A DNA stretch of 64,000 nt from a virus. How positions within the stretch are numbered: the stretch's first letter is position 1; each line of letters begins with the position of its first letter. The position numbers and the translations under genes are program-made. Of the stretch, positions 18,642 to 28,164 are shown piece after piece. The notes under the pieces are model-generated. The model did not search any database and was not told where the DNA came from. It worked only from the letters and a program-made list of their open reading frames with translations. Where the stretch lies: the IMG/VR virus record IMGVR_UViG_3300030109_005647, positions 64,001 to 128,000 of that record; one strand, written 5' to 3'.

Positions 18642-21600
18642 CTATTGCCCAAAGGGATCGGAACCGCCAAGGTTGCCAAGCTGCGCTAATGACTGCCCTA
18701 CTGCTGTAGCGCTGTCCACTGTTGTCGATGGACCTCCATCTGGTGTGCTTACACCTGCTCCAGTACTACTACCAAAACCGCCTGGACCAGAAGGATCTAT
18801 GAAATCTGTAGTGCCGCCTGCGCCGACTCCAGGTAATGCCGATGCTGGTGTCTCTGGTAGTGGAGCATATTCATTCTGGTCGGCATCAGACTTAGACGGT
18901 GCGCCAAACTTTTCTTGTATTTCTTGCGTCGGAACTTTAACAGAACCATCTTGCGGGGTCATTGTAATTTCCGCATCTAATTTTACTAGCTCTACCATAC
19001 TAAAGAAATCATATGGCCAGTTATATGTGATATTTGGAAACTGCTGTTGATTTGCAAATTTAAAATCAAACTGACCGCCATCATTAATATTGGTTGTTCT
19101 CTCAAAGTAATTAGTCGCTGCTCGTTTCTTAGCCTTGAATACCATCCATTGTATATCACTAGTATACTCTCGTGATTTAGATATTTGTTCTTCGTTCCCT
19201 AATATCTTTTTGCCATTGATCAAATTCAACTTAAGAGAGTTAAATACTTCGTGTGATATTGTAACTTCATCGCTGTCATGGTAAAATGGTGATGCTCCAA
19301 TTGACACTGGGGGTAGGTTTTGCCAAATGTTAGCCAAGTCTTCTTGTGTTAGAGTGCGTGTAAATTCAAAAATATACATGGCAAATGGACCACCAGGAAT
19401 TTGTTCAATACCAAGTTTACCAGGAACATTGTTTTTGTAAGTTATAAAGTCCATGTGTGGTGGAATAACATATCTCTGCATTTTGTCTACCATATCCACA
19501 ATACTTTGATCTGCTAATGGATTTTCTGGTAGCGTCCCGTCTCCTGGCTGGTTTCCTTGTAGTATTAATTCTGCCTGATTAACAGCATCTCTGGATATTT
19601 TAAATGTAACTTTATTACCGCCTACAACTCTAAATGGAATAGCGACCACAGCTTCGCTAATTTCTTTACTTGATCCCACTTTTCCTATGCGTTGTGGTAC
19701 TTTACCGTTTGTTTTGTCGAACCCAAGAAGGTCAGCGAGTGAACCAGTGAGGCTTGTATCGTTAACACTAGATGGGTCGGCTATAGAAAGAAACGCACCA
19801 TTTGCCTCGTCAATTTCTCCATATTGGTGCCACATGCCAACTCTTCCAGTGTCACCAGTGCTGGCTATTGTTGATTGTGTTACGTTTTTAAAATTCAACA
19901 TGGGGCATTCCCATTTTGGCTCAATAATCATAACATCAATTTCATTAATATCTTTTTTAACCGTTTTTGGTTGACCGGTAATCGCATCAAAATCTGTCTC
20001 TAATATTCTTGCCTTTCCAATGTTAAAAGAAGAAGTAAAATGCTGTGCGTATTTTGTGGCGGCTTGGTCAAACGCAGAGCCTTGGGCTCCTTGAAAGCTA
20101 GCGGTTAAATTATTCATTATTTCATCTAAATCGAAATAAGTAAAATCGTCTGGATCGAGCGGTCTATAGGTTAAAGTTAATATTCCTGCGCCCGTCTTGC
20201 TGTCTAGGGTAGCATGTTTATATACAGGAGCGAAAGCTGAGAAGTCGACTGCTGTTCCTACCGGTACGCCATATGCTGATCCTTGTTCATAGTTAAAGAA
20301 TGTAGTGTTTTCATTTTTAAAGTTAGGACTATTTGAAATTCTTACCTGCATTGTATACTCTTTAAACGATTCTCCTCCTGGCTGAATTAATTTTTTAGTA
20401 TTGCTTGCAAAATCAGGATGATTTGATGGCAACGAGGTCAGTCTTGTCATCCTTCCTTGTGGTAAGAAAAAGTTAATCGATTCTGCGAAGAAATTATTTG
20501 CCGCTAAGGTATAAAGTAGTGTGCTTTGATTATCTGAAACTTTAAACGTGTATTGTGAGGTACTTTGTAATCCTTCAAACTTCTCTCCAGCATATGAAGT
20601 ACCAAAACCAGAGGCTTGGTTAGCAATTCTAGCATCATTTATATGTAAATCATACCATGTTAAACTTCCAACGTTGCCACCTATATTCCCATCAGGATCT
20701 ATAATTGCTTCAAATGGTATTCTTGTAAACGGCTGTGTTCTTTCATAGAAAGGATTAGTGCCTGTAGATGATGTCACATAAGCAACGCTTCTTCTTGTGT
20801 CATTAACAGAATTACTGGGCATTGGAAAGTCAACCGCCAAGCCTGCTTTAATAGAATTATACATTATGCCTGGTGCGTAGAAAGGTGTAAGTCCAGCGCG
20901 TGCTGAACCGCTCGTTAAGTTATTCCCCTCAAATGGTCCTAGATATGAAGCGCTAAATAAGTTTGCCAACTGCGTTGTTCTTTGAGCAGGGTAAAAACCG
21001 TCATAGGGCAAGAACTTTATCAACGATTTACAACGCATAGTAACTCTATCTATCACTGTATCATCTGTTGCGTCCTCTGTGATTTCAAAGAACTTTAATA
21101 AATCAGTAGTGTTATAAACTTTGTAAAATTCTGGATTGGTGGCATCTAAAACAGATGACCCGGTTAAATCTAAGAATGGCTTTGTTGGGTTAATCTGTGG
21201 ATTTCGTGCGTTAATATCGAAACCAGTGTTGATGTAATCTGTCATATACTCTGATATTCTAAACTCTGGTATAATAGAATAATCTTTTCCTAGTGTTCGA
21301 ATCTCATTAGCATATTCAGCATATGTTGTGTAAGAAGGATTTAGTCCTGATTGTAAGCCGGCATCCCAAGCGGTATCGTTGACGATGCCAATCGTTGAAG
21401 AACTAACCGGCAGCGTGTAAAGAGGGCTAACAAAGTGATCACCGGCAGAGTTCATAAATACTGTACAGTTATTTTGAAGCTCACCTGCGCCATCCGTACC
21501 CTCAAGATTTGCTGCGGCGCTCTTTACGTTTAGTCTCGCATCAAGTGCAAAAATACTTTGCTTTGGAATGGTGAACCCAATAGAATTAACTGCGTTTTCT

Positions 21601-24600
21601 TCTTCTCTCAACTCTTGAGAGTCATCTTTTGAAGCGTCACCTTTCCAGAATAAATTTTCAAAATTCTCGCGACCTCTAACTTTAGAAAGGTAAGTGTTTT
21701 GTTCTTTCGGGAAAACTGTTTCTCTAACAGTGTATGAAAGTAATTCATCTATCGGGTTTAACTCTGATACACCAGCAAAATCACCAGCACTGTATAGATA
21801 ATAGTTTATGACATCTAGTGTCTGCTGTTCTGATTTTTTATTTCTTTCAGCGAGTATATCACTATCTAGATCTATTCCATCGGCTCCGTGATCCGTAAAG
21901 TAGCCCAAATTATTAAGGTATGAGTGGTTTATTGTAATCCCTTTGGTTGTAAAGTCTTCTGGATTGGAAGATATTCCAAGCTTTACTGATAGCTTATGAC
22001 GTAGCTGCTTATATTTACTTGTAATTGGAGGCTCTATAACTGATGTAATACTGCCTTTAGCTCCGTCAATTACAATTGGATCTCCCTCTGAATTTGTTGC
22101 CTTTTGAGGTTTTAGATAACTTAGCCTGTTTTCACCTCGATGTGTTCTTACAATTGGATGATTGTCTTTTCTATATAGTTTCCAGTTTGAGCCGCCTACT
22201 GGACCTCCACGAGAAGATAAAATACCTTGTAGCACTCTAGAAGGTGGCGCAAATACATTAACTGAAAAATTATCAACCAACCCTCCCTTGTACACTCTTA
22301 AATCTGCTTCTGGAGGAGTACTGTCCATCTCCCCGACATTTGGAAATCCTAGTTGATTTGCGCTAGATGTCAAGGGGTTAACAATATTCGTATTAAGACC
22401 AGCAAAATCAACAGGAATAAACTCAGCGCTAGACGCTGCAGCCAACTCAAGTAAACCAAAGACCCTAATTCCACTCGAATTAACAAAACTACCAACAACA
22501 CTAGAGGTAATAAAAGTTAAATCAGTAGAGGCAAGACTTGCATTACTAAAATCTGGCTGTTCAAAACCATAAAGAGCGGAGCCAGTATAGTCATTTATCA
22601 AGCTAGCTGTGATCCATGCATATTGAACATCTGTTTGCGGTATTTGATGTGTAACAAAGAAATTATCAAATACAGTTTCGGTCGAAACAGTCCCAAAGTC
22701 ACCAGTAAACTCATTAGAATATTTTATCTGTTTCCTACCATTTCTATTGACCTTGTGAAAAGAACCAGTGCCAATGTATTTCAAATTAGCCCCAGGATCG
22801 TTTATAGAAGAAGAGCCGCCAGGATATGTTCCCCAGGATGCTCTTTCGTAATCTGCTATAGTTCTTGCGTCACTAAATAAACCAAATTGATTTGTATGAT
22901 CTGACAACAACTCTTGAAGAGGAAGTCTCACACTTAAATTTCTAAAAGGTAGCGCATTATAAACACTATATTCCGCCGCGGCGACATCTAACATTCCTTC
23001 GCACATCGTCGCAGGATCACCGGGAGCGGAGAATCGATTCACAATAATCGCTTTGTTCTTACCGGTTAAATCTCTTCTAGGCAGCGCAAAGTCAACAACA
23101 CCTGACACGTATAAAGAATCAGTCACCGTTGTCGCCAAATCGCCATCAGATTCCGCTAAATAACGATTATTCAATGAACGACCATTAGTCATTACAATTT
23201 CATAAGTTTTAGAATAGTTTCCAATGTTCGTGCTACTATCAGAGTCAATACCGGTGCCATCTGAAGACGCCGTTATTTGTTGAATATTTTTTATATTTAC
23301 AGGTCTTTTGGCATACTCTTCACGGAAGAACACAGACTTTGGATTCTCTACTGCAACATTAACTAAATCTAATGCGGTAGAAGATACTTTTAATCTCCAG
23401 CCCTCTAGTCTTTCACCTTCTCTTTGAGGTTCTTCATTGTCTGTCACAAGATTAGTCATGACATGGCGATAGGCGCGACCACCCACATATTTTTCTGTAA
23501 ATGGACCCTGCATTGGGACATCGCCAAAAGGACCGTAACTATCGTGATGTAAGTTTGTAATTGCCAACTCTGGTTTAAAGTCTGCTAAGTCTGTCATAGC
23601 AGGGTTTGCGACGACAGAAGAGCTATAAAGACTAAATGGAAACACCAAATCTCCTTTATAAACTTCGGAAAATGACTCAGCATTATCTTGAGATACCCCT
23701 ACAGAAAATTTATATTTTCTCTTACCCTTGTTTAAGATCAAATTATCATCACAAGATTTAAACGATTCAAGTTCTGATTCTGCAGGCTCTATAGAAATTA
23801 ACGCACCCTCTGTTGCGCCGGGGGCTGTTGGACGCTTCCGAAGTGAGTCCCAAAAGCCCACTTTTTTATTTTCATATGCGTTGCCGCCGCCGTGAATTTC
23901 AGGCTCTTTTATCGCATTAATTTTATAAGGTCTTGCAAATCTTCGTAAAGCATACGTGGATCCCTGGTAAGTTCCACTTGAACCTTTAAAACTTGGAGCG
24001 CTGGCATCATTTAAATTATTTACAACATTTAATATCGCTTGTCGATCTGAATCTATAATGGAATCACCACTTGTCAACGCCGATCTTTCTGCTCTTTCTT
24101 TAGCCCATAAACAATTTTCAGCTTCAGTTTCAGATAAAGGCTTGTGACCCTCTTTCCAGGGGTATAGCATCTCATTTATTCCAAATATCGAAGCCTCTGG
24201 ATCTGACTGTTTAAACTCATATGTAGGAAACTTTGATTGATATTTATTTCTCTCTAAAATATGCGATTCAATAACGTTTCTAAGAGGTCTTTCATCTAAA
24301 CCAGAAGACATTGGCGCTAACTTTTGAATCATAGAGGAAACTGCTAGATCAAACCATTTAAAATATTCAATATATTTATCAACATCCGGTGTTGTTGTTC
24401 TTTGGAAAAACAACTGCCTTAGCATTTTAAGTGCTTTGTATTCTCCACGATATCTATCAACACCTTGACCAATAAGATTATTAAAATCAACCACTGTTGA
24501 CATAAAATTTAACATATCTTCTGATATGTTTTGATAGGGGCTTTTTTCTACATATAAATCAAAAAAAGTAGGTCTGCTATCTCTTGTAAAGTAGATGTCG

Positions 24601-27600
24601 TCGTTTTGTAAAACCTTGACGGTGTTTTCACTAGCCATAGTCTCTGGTATGTTTTGCTTTGCAATGATTATGTCATCAGTTAAAACAACGTCAGTGCTAG
24701 ATGCCTTAAACTCGTGTCCAATGCCGGTGTGTTGTTTATTTGAAAGATTACTTAAAAATCCATATCTATTTATTTGTTCCACAGAGCCTGACGTAAAATC
24801 ATCTACGATGAAACTACCTGCTGTGTCTGAGCCTGTTACATTATCAAAATTCCAGTGCAGCAATAATGTTTCTTTATTTGGAACATAAACGTTATTTATA
24901 GAAGTATTAAAAAGATAAGCATTTTGCTCTGGGTTCTTAATGCTATAATTGTTTGGGTTTGAGGCGTGTAACGATAAGTCATTAATTGTTAACTTATTCT
25001 GCCATGCTCTGATAGTGTTAAATTTAACGTCAGATTGCTGTAAGACTGATCCAGTAAAGTTTGTTTTATGGGAACCGACAAATAAACGCTTTGGAGATGC
25101 CAAGAAATTGATTGCCTGCTGTTGCGTTATAGATCCTGTTAGGGTGAATTGATTCATTGTGACATCTAAAACTTTACTAATACCAGAAAATTGAACAACA
25201 TATCCGGTATTTTCAGTTGCGCCGTTTGATAAAGTTGCAGGTGAGGCACCAGTAGCGCCATCTTCAACAAAAGTCCCCTCGATATCGGTTAATGTAATTG
25301 AATTCCCTATTGGACCAGCTACGTTTGCTGTAATTGTTATATCATCTGGTGTAGAGCCGATAGCAGCAGTGATACCTTTAATTCCACTTGTTGCATTACC
25401 TGATCCGGCGCCGTATTGAATAATTGAAGTATCGCTGCTTCCATTAATTGCCGCCACAAGTCGAGTAGCAGTTGAGTTAGCCGCAATGGGCGAAGTGCCT
25501 TTTACTTGTATTTCGTTGGCAGTGCCTGCAGATGGCGTGGCAGCTTCAAGTATCCTGATAGTGATATCATTTCCGGTTCCACCTGCAGCAACTGGAACAT
25601 TAATTTTAAATCTATCGTTTTGTGCCTGACCAGCAAAACTTAATAATATATTAACACCGGATGCTTTTGAATCACTTAGTGTTCCTGATACTTGATTTGC
25701 GTTTGGATATGCCTCTGGATATAACGATACCAAAAAACTCCAATTGGTGTCACTGTAAACATCGTCATAATAAGAGGACACTAATTCTGGTAAAAAACCT
25801 CCAGCGGTTCCAGTTAGAACAAATCTTGCTTTATCAGAGTATGTATTTAATTTTTCTGATTTTACAACAAAGTTAGCGTAGTCGTTTGTGTTCCAAGTTG
25901 TATGCTGGGGGATGCTATCTTCTGCGGTATGTTGACCGAACAGCGATGCGGTTATCATAATCGGATATTGATTGGCATAACTCGCGAACCCATGTTTAAA
26001 CGTGTTAAGGTTTGATTGATCTACTCTATTTGGAAAAGTAATGTTTGCTTCGACACTAAATGGGAGACTAGCTTCTTGAGATGTTCTTGCATTGAAGTCC
26101 TTGCTAGCAGACATAAAAGTAACAGAATTGCTATTTAAGCTGCTAGAATATTGGTGAACACTTGCGTCGGCATTTGGTATAGTATTAAAATTGATTAACT
26201 TAAACTTACCAGATGCAGTCCTAAAGTTATCTTCCAAAACATAATCAACATTGTTTGAATAGATGTTTAATTTATATACTTGATCATCAATTCCAAAACA
26301 TCTTATTAGGTTTCTAAAAGATTTCTCTGTTCCTTTGGATTTGTTTATATAAGTCAAGTTGTTGTAAATGTTTTTATATATGATGTTTTTAACATCATTA
26401 AACTTTTCAGTATATTTTATATTATTATCTCTATTCTCAAAATACTCTAAACTATCAATGGCGTTAAATATCTCTGGTGTGATAAACCCTTTTGACTGTA
26501 AAATCCTATTCATAAAGGGTATTGGTTTTTGAGAACCACTAACATAATCGTTTTGCGGAAGAGAAGGCATTGATTTAGCAAAGTTTGTTGCACTATCAAA
26601 GTAACTACTTATGATTTGTGTTAAATTCCATAACGAATTAGCAATGATGCCTTCATCATCTGGATTATTAGCGTCGTGTTCTTCTAGAATCCAACCTGGT
26701 AGTGTATAGTATATTGTTGATGGATTTGTATAATCATATTGTTTACCCTCTTTTCTTCTATCAGAAAGATATGAAACAACATCAGGGTGAGATGAATATA
26801 TAATTGGATCTCTGAACTCTACTCCAGAATAAGAAGCTAGTCCTGATTCATTGATTGCGGACCCAGTGTCCCTAGAATATAAAGAAGAGTAGCCAGTCCA
26901 CGATCCATTACTAATTCGACCAGAGTAATCTAAAACTTTTGCGTCTGTGGATGCTGTAAGAGTCAACCCTTCGTTAAACTTATAGTATAAACCAAGATGA
27001 GTATTGGCATCGTCAGTATTGGTGCCTCCACCAACTTGATCAAACCATCGTGTTTGTATTTGTTTTGAAGTTCTCCAGTTTTTCCAAAATCTAAATTCAT
27101 CAACAGAGCCAGATAACTTACCCCAGCCTCTGCCCGCCTGTGGTGATCCATCGTTTGTACCCGATGGGTGTGTAGCAAGGGCGCCAATGGTACCGACTAT
27201 GGTGCCACTTACATAGTCAACAGTTGTTCCTGTTTTTATTGTATGATTGTAGCCGCCATCAACAAAAAGATCCACTGCGGTGTTTGAGCCATCATTTTTA
27301 AATCTAAATGAGTAATGGTGCCAATTATCATCAGCAACGGATGATGTGGTAAGTGAAGAACCTATATTTTCTTTTGATATGCCAGACGTACCTGACATGT
27401 AGGTTACATAAAATGGAGACAGAGTGTTTGTCGCTGCGCCATGTCCCGACATCTCAATTGTCATTCGACCATAATCTAAACTTGAAGAGATTGAACTTGT
27501 AGTGAATATATCGAATACAACCTCAGTTTGGGTAGCCGCAGGATTAAAAGCTGCTTTTTTAAGCCAAAACTCTACGGTATTTCCATCGTTTCCGCCTATC

Positions 27601-28163
27601 TTTAAGTTACACTCGCGATCTTTTGAAAGATCGTAAAGATTTGCTTTTTCTCTATAGTGTGCTTCGCCGGTGTCAGGATCAATGTAAACGTTTGTGCCAA
27701 AGCCCGCATGTGGACCTCCGTTAAACGATACAAATTCATAGGTGCCTGAGCCGGCGGCTCCGTATGAACCCCAGGTGCTATAATCAGTAGATGTATCGGT
27801 CGCTGATAGACTAGCTGTTGAAAAAACAGCGTATCCGGTGCTTCTTGGGTACCCGTTTTCAAAAAGATATAAATCTAGACCAGAGGAGGAGAGTTCCCAA
27901 AGTATTTTTTCTTTTTTAGATCCATCATAAGGATACGTCTCATAAACTCTTGTAATGGAATCATAGTAATACTTTTCTGCAGAGCCAAATTTAGCAAAAT
28001 TTTCTGGTTTTGAATAATCAACTAAAGGAATAAATCTATCGCGATCTTCAATGAATACTTTTACATAATCAGGTGATTCCACCCCACTAGCAGTAAGAGA
28101 AGATAAGTTAGTGTTCGAAATATATTTGTATTTTTGTTCTTTAAATAAATCTTTTAAGGACAT
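18642..28163 (-). CDS. Giant baseplate wedge-like protein with LamG/concanavalin A-like domains
   Basis: 3173 aa; TVEFWLK..WHHYSF..LFVDG..GSVDEFRFW LamG motifs and a second LamG-like unit; KSKGTEKSFRNLIRCFG resembles the KGT motif of P2 gpI/T4 gp7-type wedge proteins; follows the gp25/gp6 homologues. Confidence 0.75.
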   Translation of the reverse strand: MSLKDLFKEQKYKYISNTNLSSLTASGVESPDYVKVFIEDRDRFIPLVDYSKPENFAKFGSAEKYYYDSITRVYETYPYDGSKKEKILWELSSSGLDLYLFENGYPRSTGYAVFSTASLSATDTSTDYSTWGSYGAAGSGTYEFVSFNGGPHAGFGTNVYIDPDTGEAHYREKANLYDLSKDRECNLKIGGNDGNTVEFWLKKAAFNPAATQTEVVFDIFTTSSISSSLDYGRMTIEMSGHGAATNTLSPFYVTYMSGTSGISKENIGSSLTTSSVADDNWHHYSFRFKNDGSNTAVDLFVDGGYNHTIKTGTTVDYVSGTIVGTIGALATHPSGTNDGSPQAGRGWGKLSGSVDEFRFWKNWRTSKQIQTRWFDQVGGGTNTDDANTHLGLYYKFNEGLTLTASTDAKVLDYSGRISNGSWTGYSSLYSRDTGSAINESGLASYSGVEFRDPIIYSSHPDVVSYLSDRRKEGKQYDYTNPSTIYYTLPGWILEEHDANNPDDEGIIANSLWNLTQIISSYFDSATNFAKSMPSLPQNDYVSGSQKPIPFMNRILQSKGFITPEIFNAIDSLEYFENRDNNIKYTEKFNDVKNIIYKNIYNNLTYINKSKGTEKSFRNLIRCFGIDDQVYKLNIYSNNVDYVLEDNFRTASGKFKLINFNTIPNADASVHQYSSSLNSNSVTFMSASKDFNARTSQEASLPFSVEANITFPNRVDQSNLNTFKHGFASYANQYPIMITASLFGQHTAEDSIPQHTTWNTNDYANFVVKSEKLNTYSDKARFVLTGTAGGFLPELVSSYYDDVYSDTNWSFLVSLYPEAYPNANQVSGTLSDSKASGVNILLSFAGQAQNDRFKINVPVAAGGTGNDITIRILEAATPSAGTANEIQVKGTSPIAANSTATRLVAAINGSSDTSIIQYGAGSGNATSGIKGITAAIGSTPDDITITANVAGPIGNSITLTDIEGTFVEDGATGASPATLSNGATENTGYVVQFSGISKVLDVTMNQFTLTGSITQQQAINFLASPKRLFVGSHKTNFTGSVLQQSDVKFNTIRAWQNKLTINDLSLHASNPNNYSIKNPEQNAYLFNTSINNVYVPNKETLLLHWNFDNVTGSDTAGSFIVDDFTSGSVEQINRYGFLSNLSNKQHTGIGHEFKASSTDVVLTDDIIIAKQNIPETMASENTVKVLQNDDIYFTRDSRPTFFDLYVEKSPYQNISEDMLNFMSTVVDFNNLIGQGVDRYRGEYKALKMLRQLFFQRTTTPDVDKYIEYFKWFDLAVSSMIQKLAPMSSGLDERPLRNVIESHILERNKYQSKFPTYEFKQSDPEASIFGINEMLYPWKEGHKPLSETEAENCLWAKERAERSALTSGDSIIDSDRQAILNVVNNLNDASAPSFKGSSGTYQGSTYALRRFARPYKINAIKEPEIHGGGNAYENKKVGFWDSLRKRPTAPGATEGALISIEPAESELESFKSCDDNLILNKGKRKYKFSVGVSQDNAESFSEVYKGDLVFPFSLYSSSVVANPAMTDLADFKPELAITNLHHDSYGPFGDVPMQGPFTEKYVGGRAYRHVMTNLVTDNEEPQREGERLEGWRLKVSSTALDLVNVAVENPKSVFFREEYAKRPVNIKNIQQITASSDGTGIDSDSSTNIGNYSKTYEIVMTNGRSLNNRYLAESDGDLATTVTDSLYVSGVVDFALPRRDLTGKNKAIIVNRFSAPGDPATMCEGMLDVAAAEYSVYNALPFRNLSVRLPLQELLSDHTNQFGLFSDARTIADYERASWGTYPGGSSSINDPGANLKYIGTGSFHKVNRNGRKQIKYSNEFTGDFGTVSTETVFDNFFVTHQIPQTDVQYAWITASLINDYTGSALYGFEQPDFSNASLASTDLTFITSSVVGSFVNSSGIRVFGLLELAAASSAEFIPVDFAGLNTNIVNPLTSSANQLGFPNVGEMDSTPPEADLRVYKGGLVDNFSVNVFAPPSRVLQGILSSRGGPVGGSNWKLYRKDNHPIVRTHRGENRLSYLKPQKATNSEGDPIVIDGAKGSITSVIEPPITSKYKQLRHKLSVKLGISSNPEDFTTKGITINHSYLNNLGYFTDHGADGIDLDSDILAERNKKSEQQTLDVINYYLYSAGDFAGVSELNPIDELLSYTVRETVFPKEQNTYLSKVRGRENFENLFWKGDASKDDSQELREEENAVNSIGFTIPKQSIFALDARLNVKSAAANLEGTDGAGELQNNCTVFMNSAGDHFVSPLYTLPVSSSTIGIVNDTAWDAGLQSGLNPSYTTYAEYANEIRTLGKDYSIIPEFRISEYMTDYINTGFDINARNPQINPTKPFLDLTGSSVLDATNPEFYKVYNTTDLLKFFEITEDATDDTVIDRVTMRCKSLIKFLPYDGFYPAQRTTQLANLFSASYLGPFEGNNLTSGSARAGLTPFYAPGIMYNSIKAGLAVDFPMPSNSVNDTRRSVAYVTSSTGTNPFYERTQPFTRIPFEAIIDPDGNIGGNVGSLTWYDLHINDARIANQASGFGTSYAGEKFEGLQSTSQYTFKVSDNQSTLLYTLAANNFFAESINFFLPQGRMTRLTSLPSNHPDFASNTKKLIQPGGESFKEYTMQVRISNSPNFKNENTTFFNYEQGSAYGVPVGTAVDFSAFAPVYKHATLDSKTGAGILTLTYRPLDPDDFTYFDLDEIMNNLTASFQGAQGSAFDQAATKYAQHFTSSFNIGKARILETDFDAITGQPKTVKKDINEIDVMIIEPKWECPMLNFKNVTQSTIASTGDTGRVGMWHQYGEIDEANGAFLSIADPSSVNDTSLTGSLADLLGFDKTNGKVPQRIGKVGSSKEISEAVVAIPFRVVGGNKVTFKISRDAVNQAELILQGNQPGDGTLPENPLADQSIVDMVDKMQRYVIPPHMDFITYKNNVPGKLGIEQIPGGPFAMYIFEFTRTLTQEDLANIWQNLPPVSIGASPFYHDSDEVTISHEVFNSLKLNLINGKKILGNEEQISKSREYTSDIQWMVFKAKKRAATNYFERTTNINDGGQFDFKFANQQQFPNITYNWPYDFFSMVELVKLDAEITMTPQDGSVKVPTQEIQEKFGAPSKSDADQNEYAPLPETPASALPGVGAGGTTDFIDPSGPGGFGSSTGAGVSTPDGGPSTTVDSATAVGQSLAQLGNLGGSDPFGQ

Positions 28164-28164
28164 A

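Noticed and set aside
18613-19050. 145-aa Pro-rich plus-strand ORF
   Set aside because: Antisense of the Gly/Pro-rich C-terminal tail of the 3173-aa protein; the locally higher GC explains the lack of stops.
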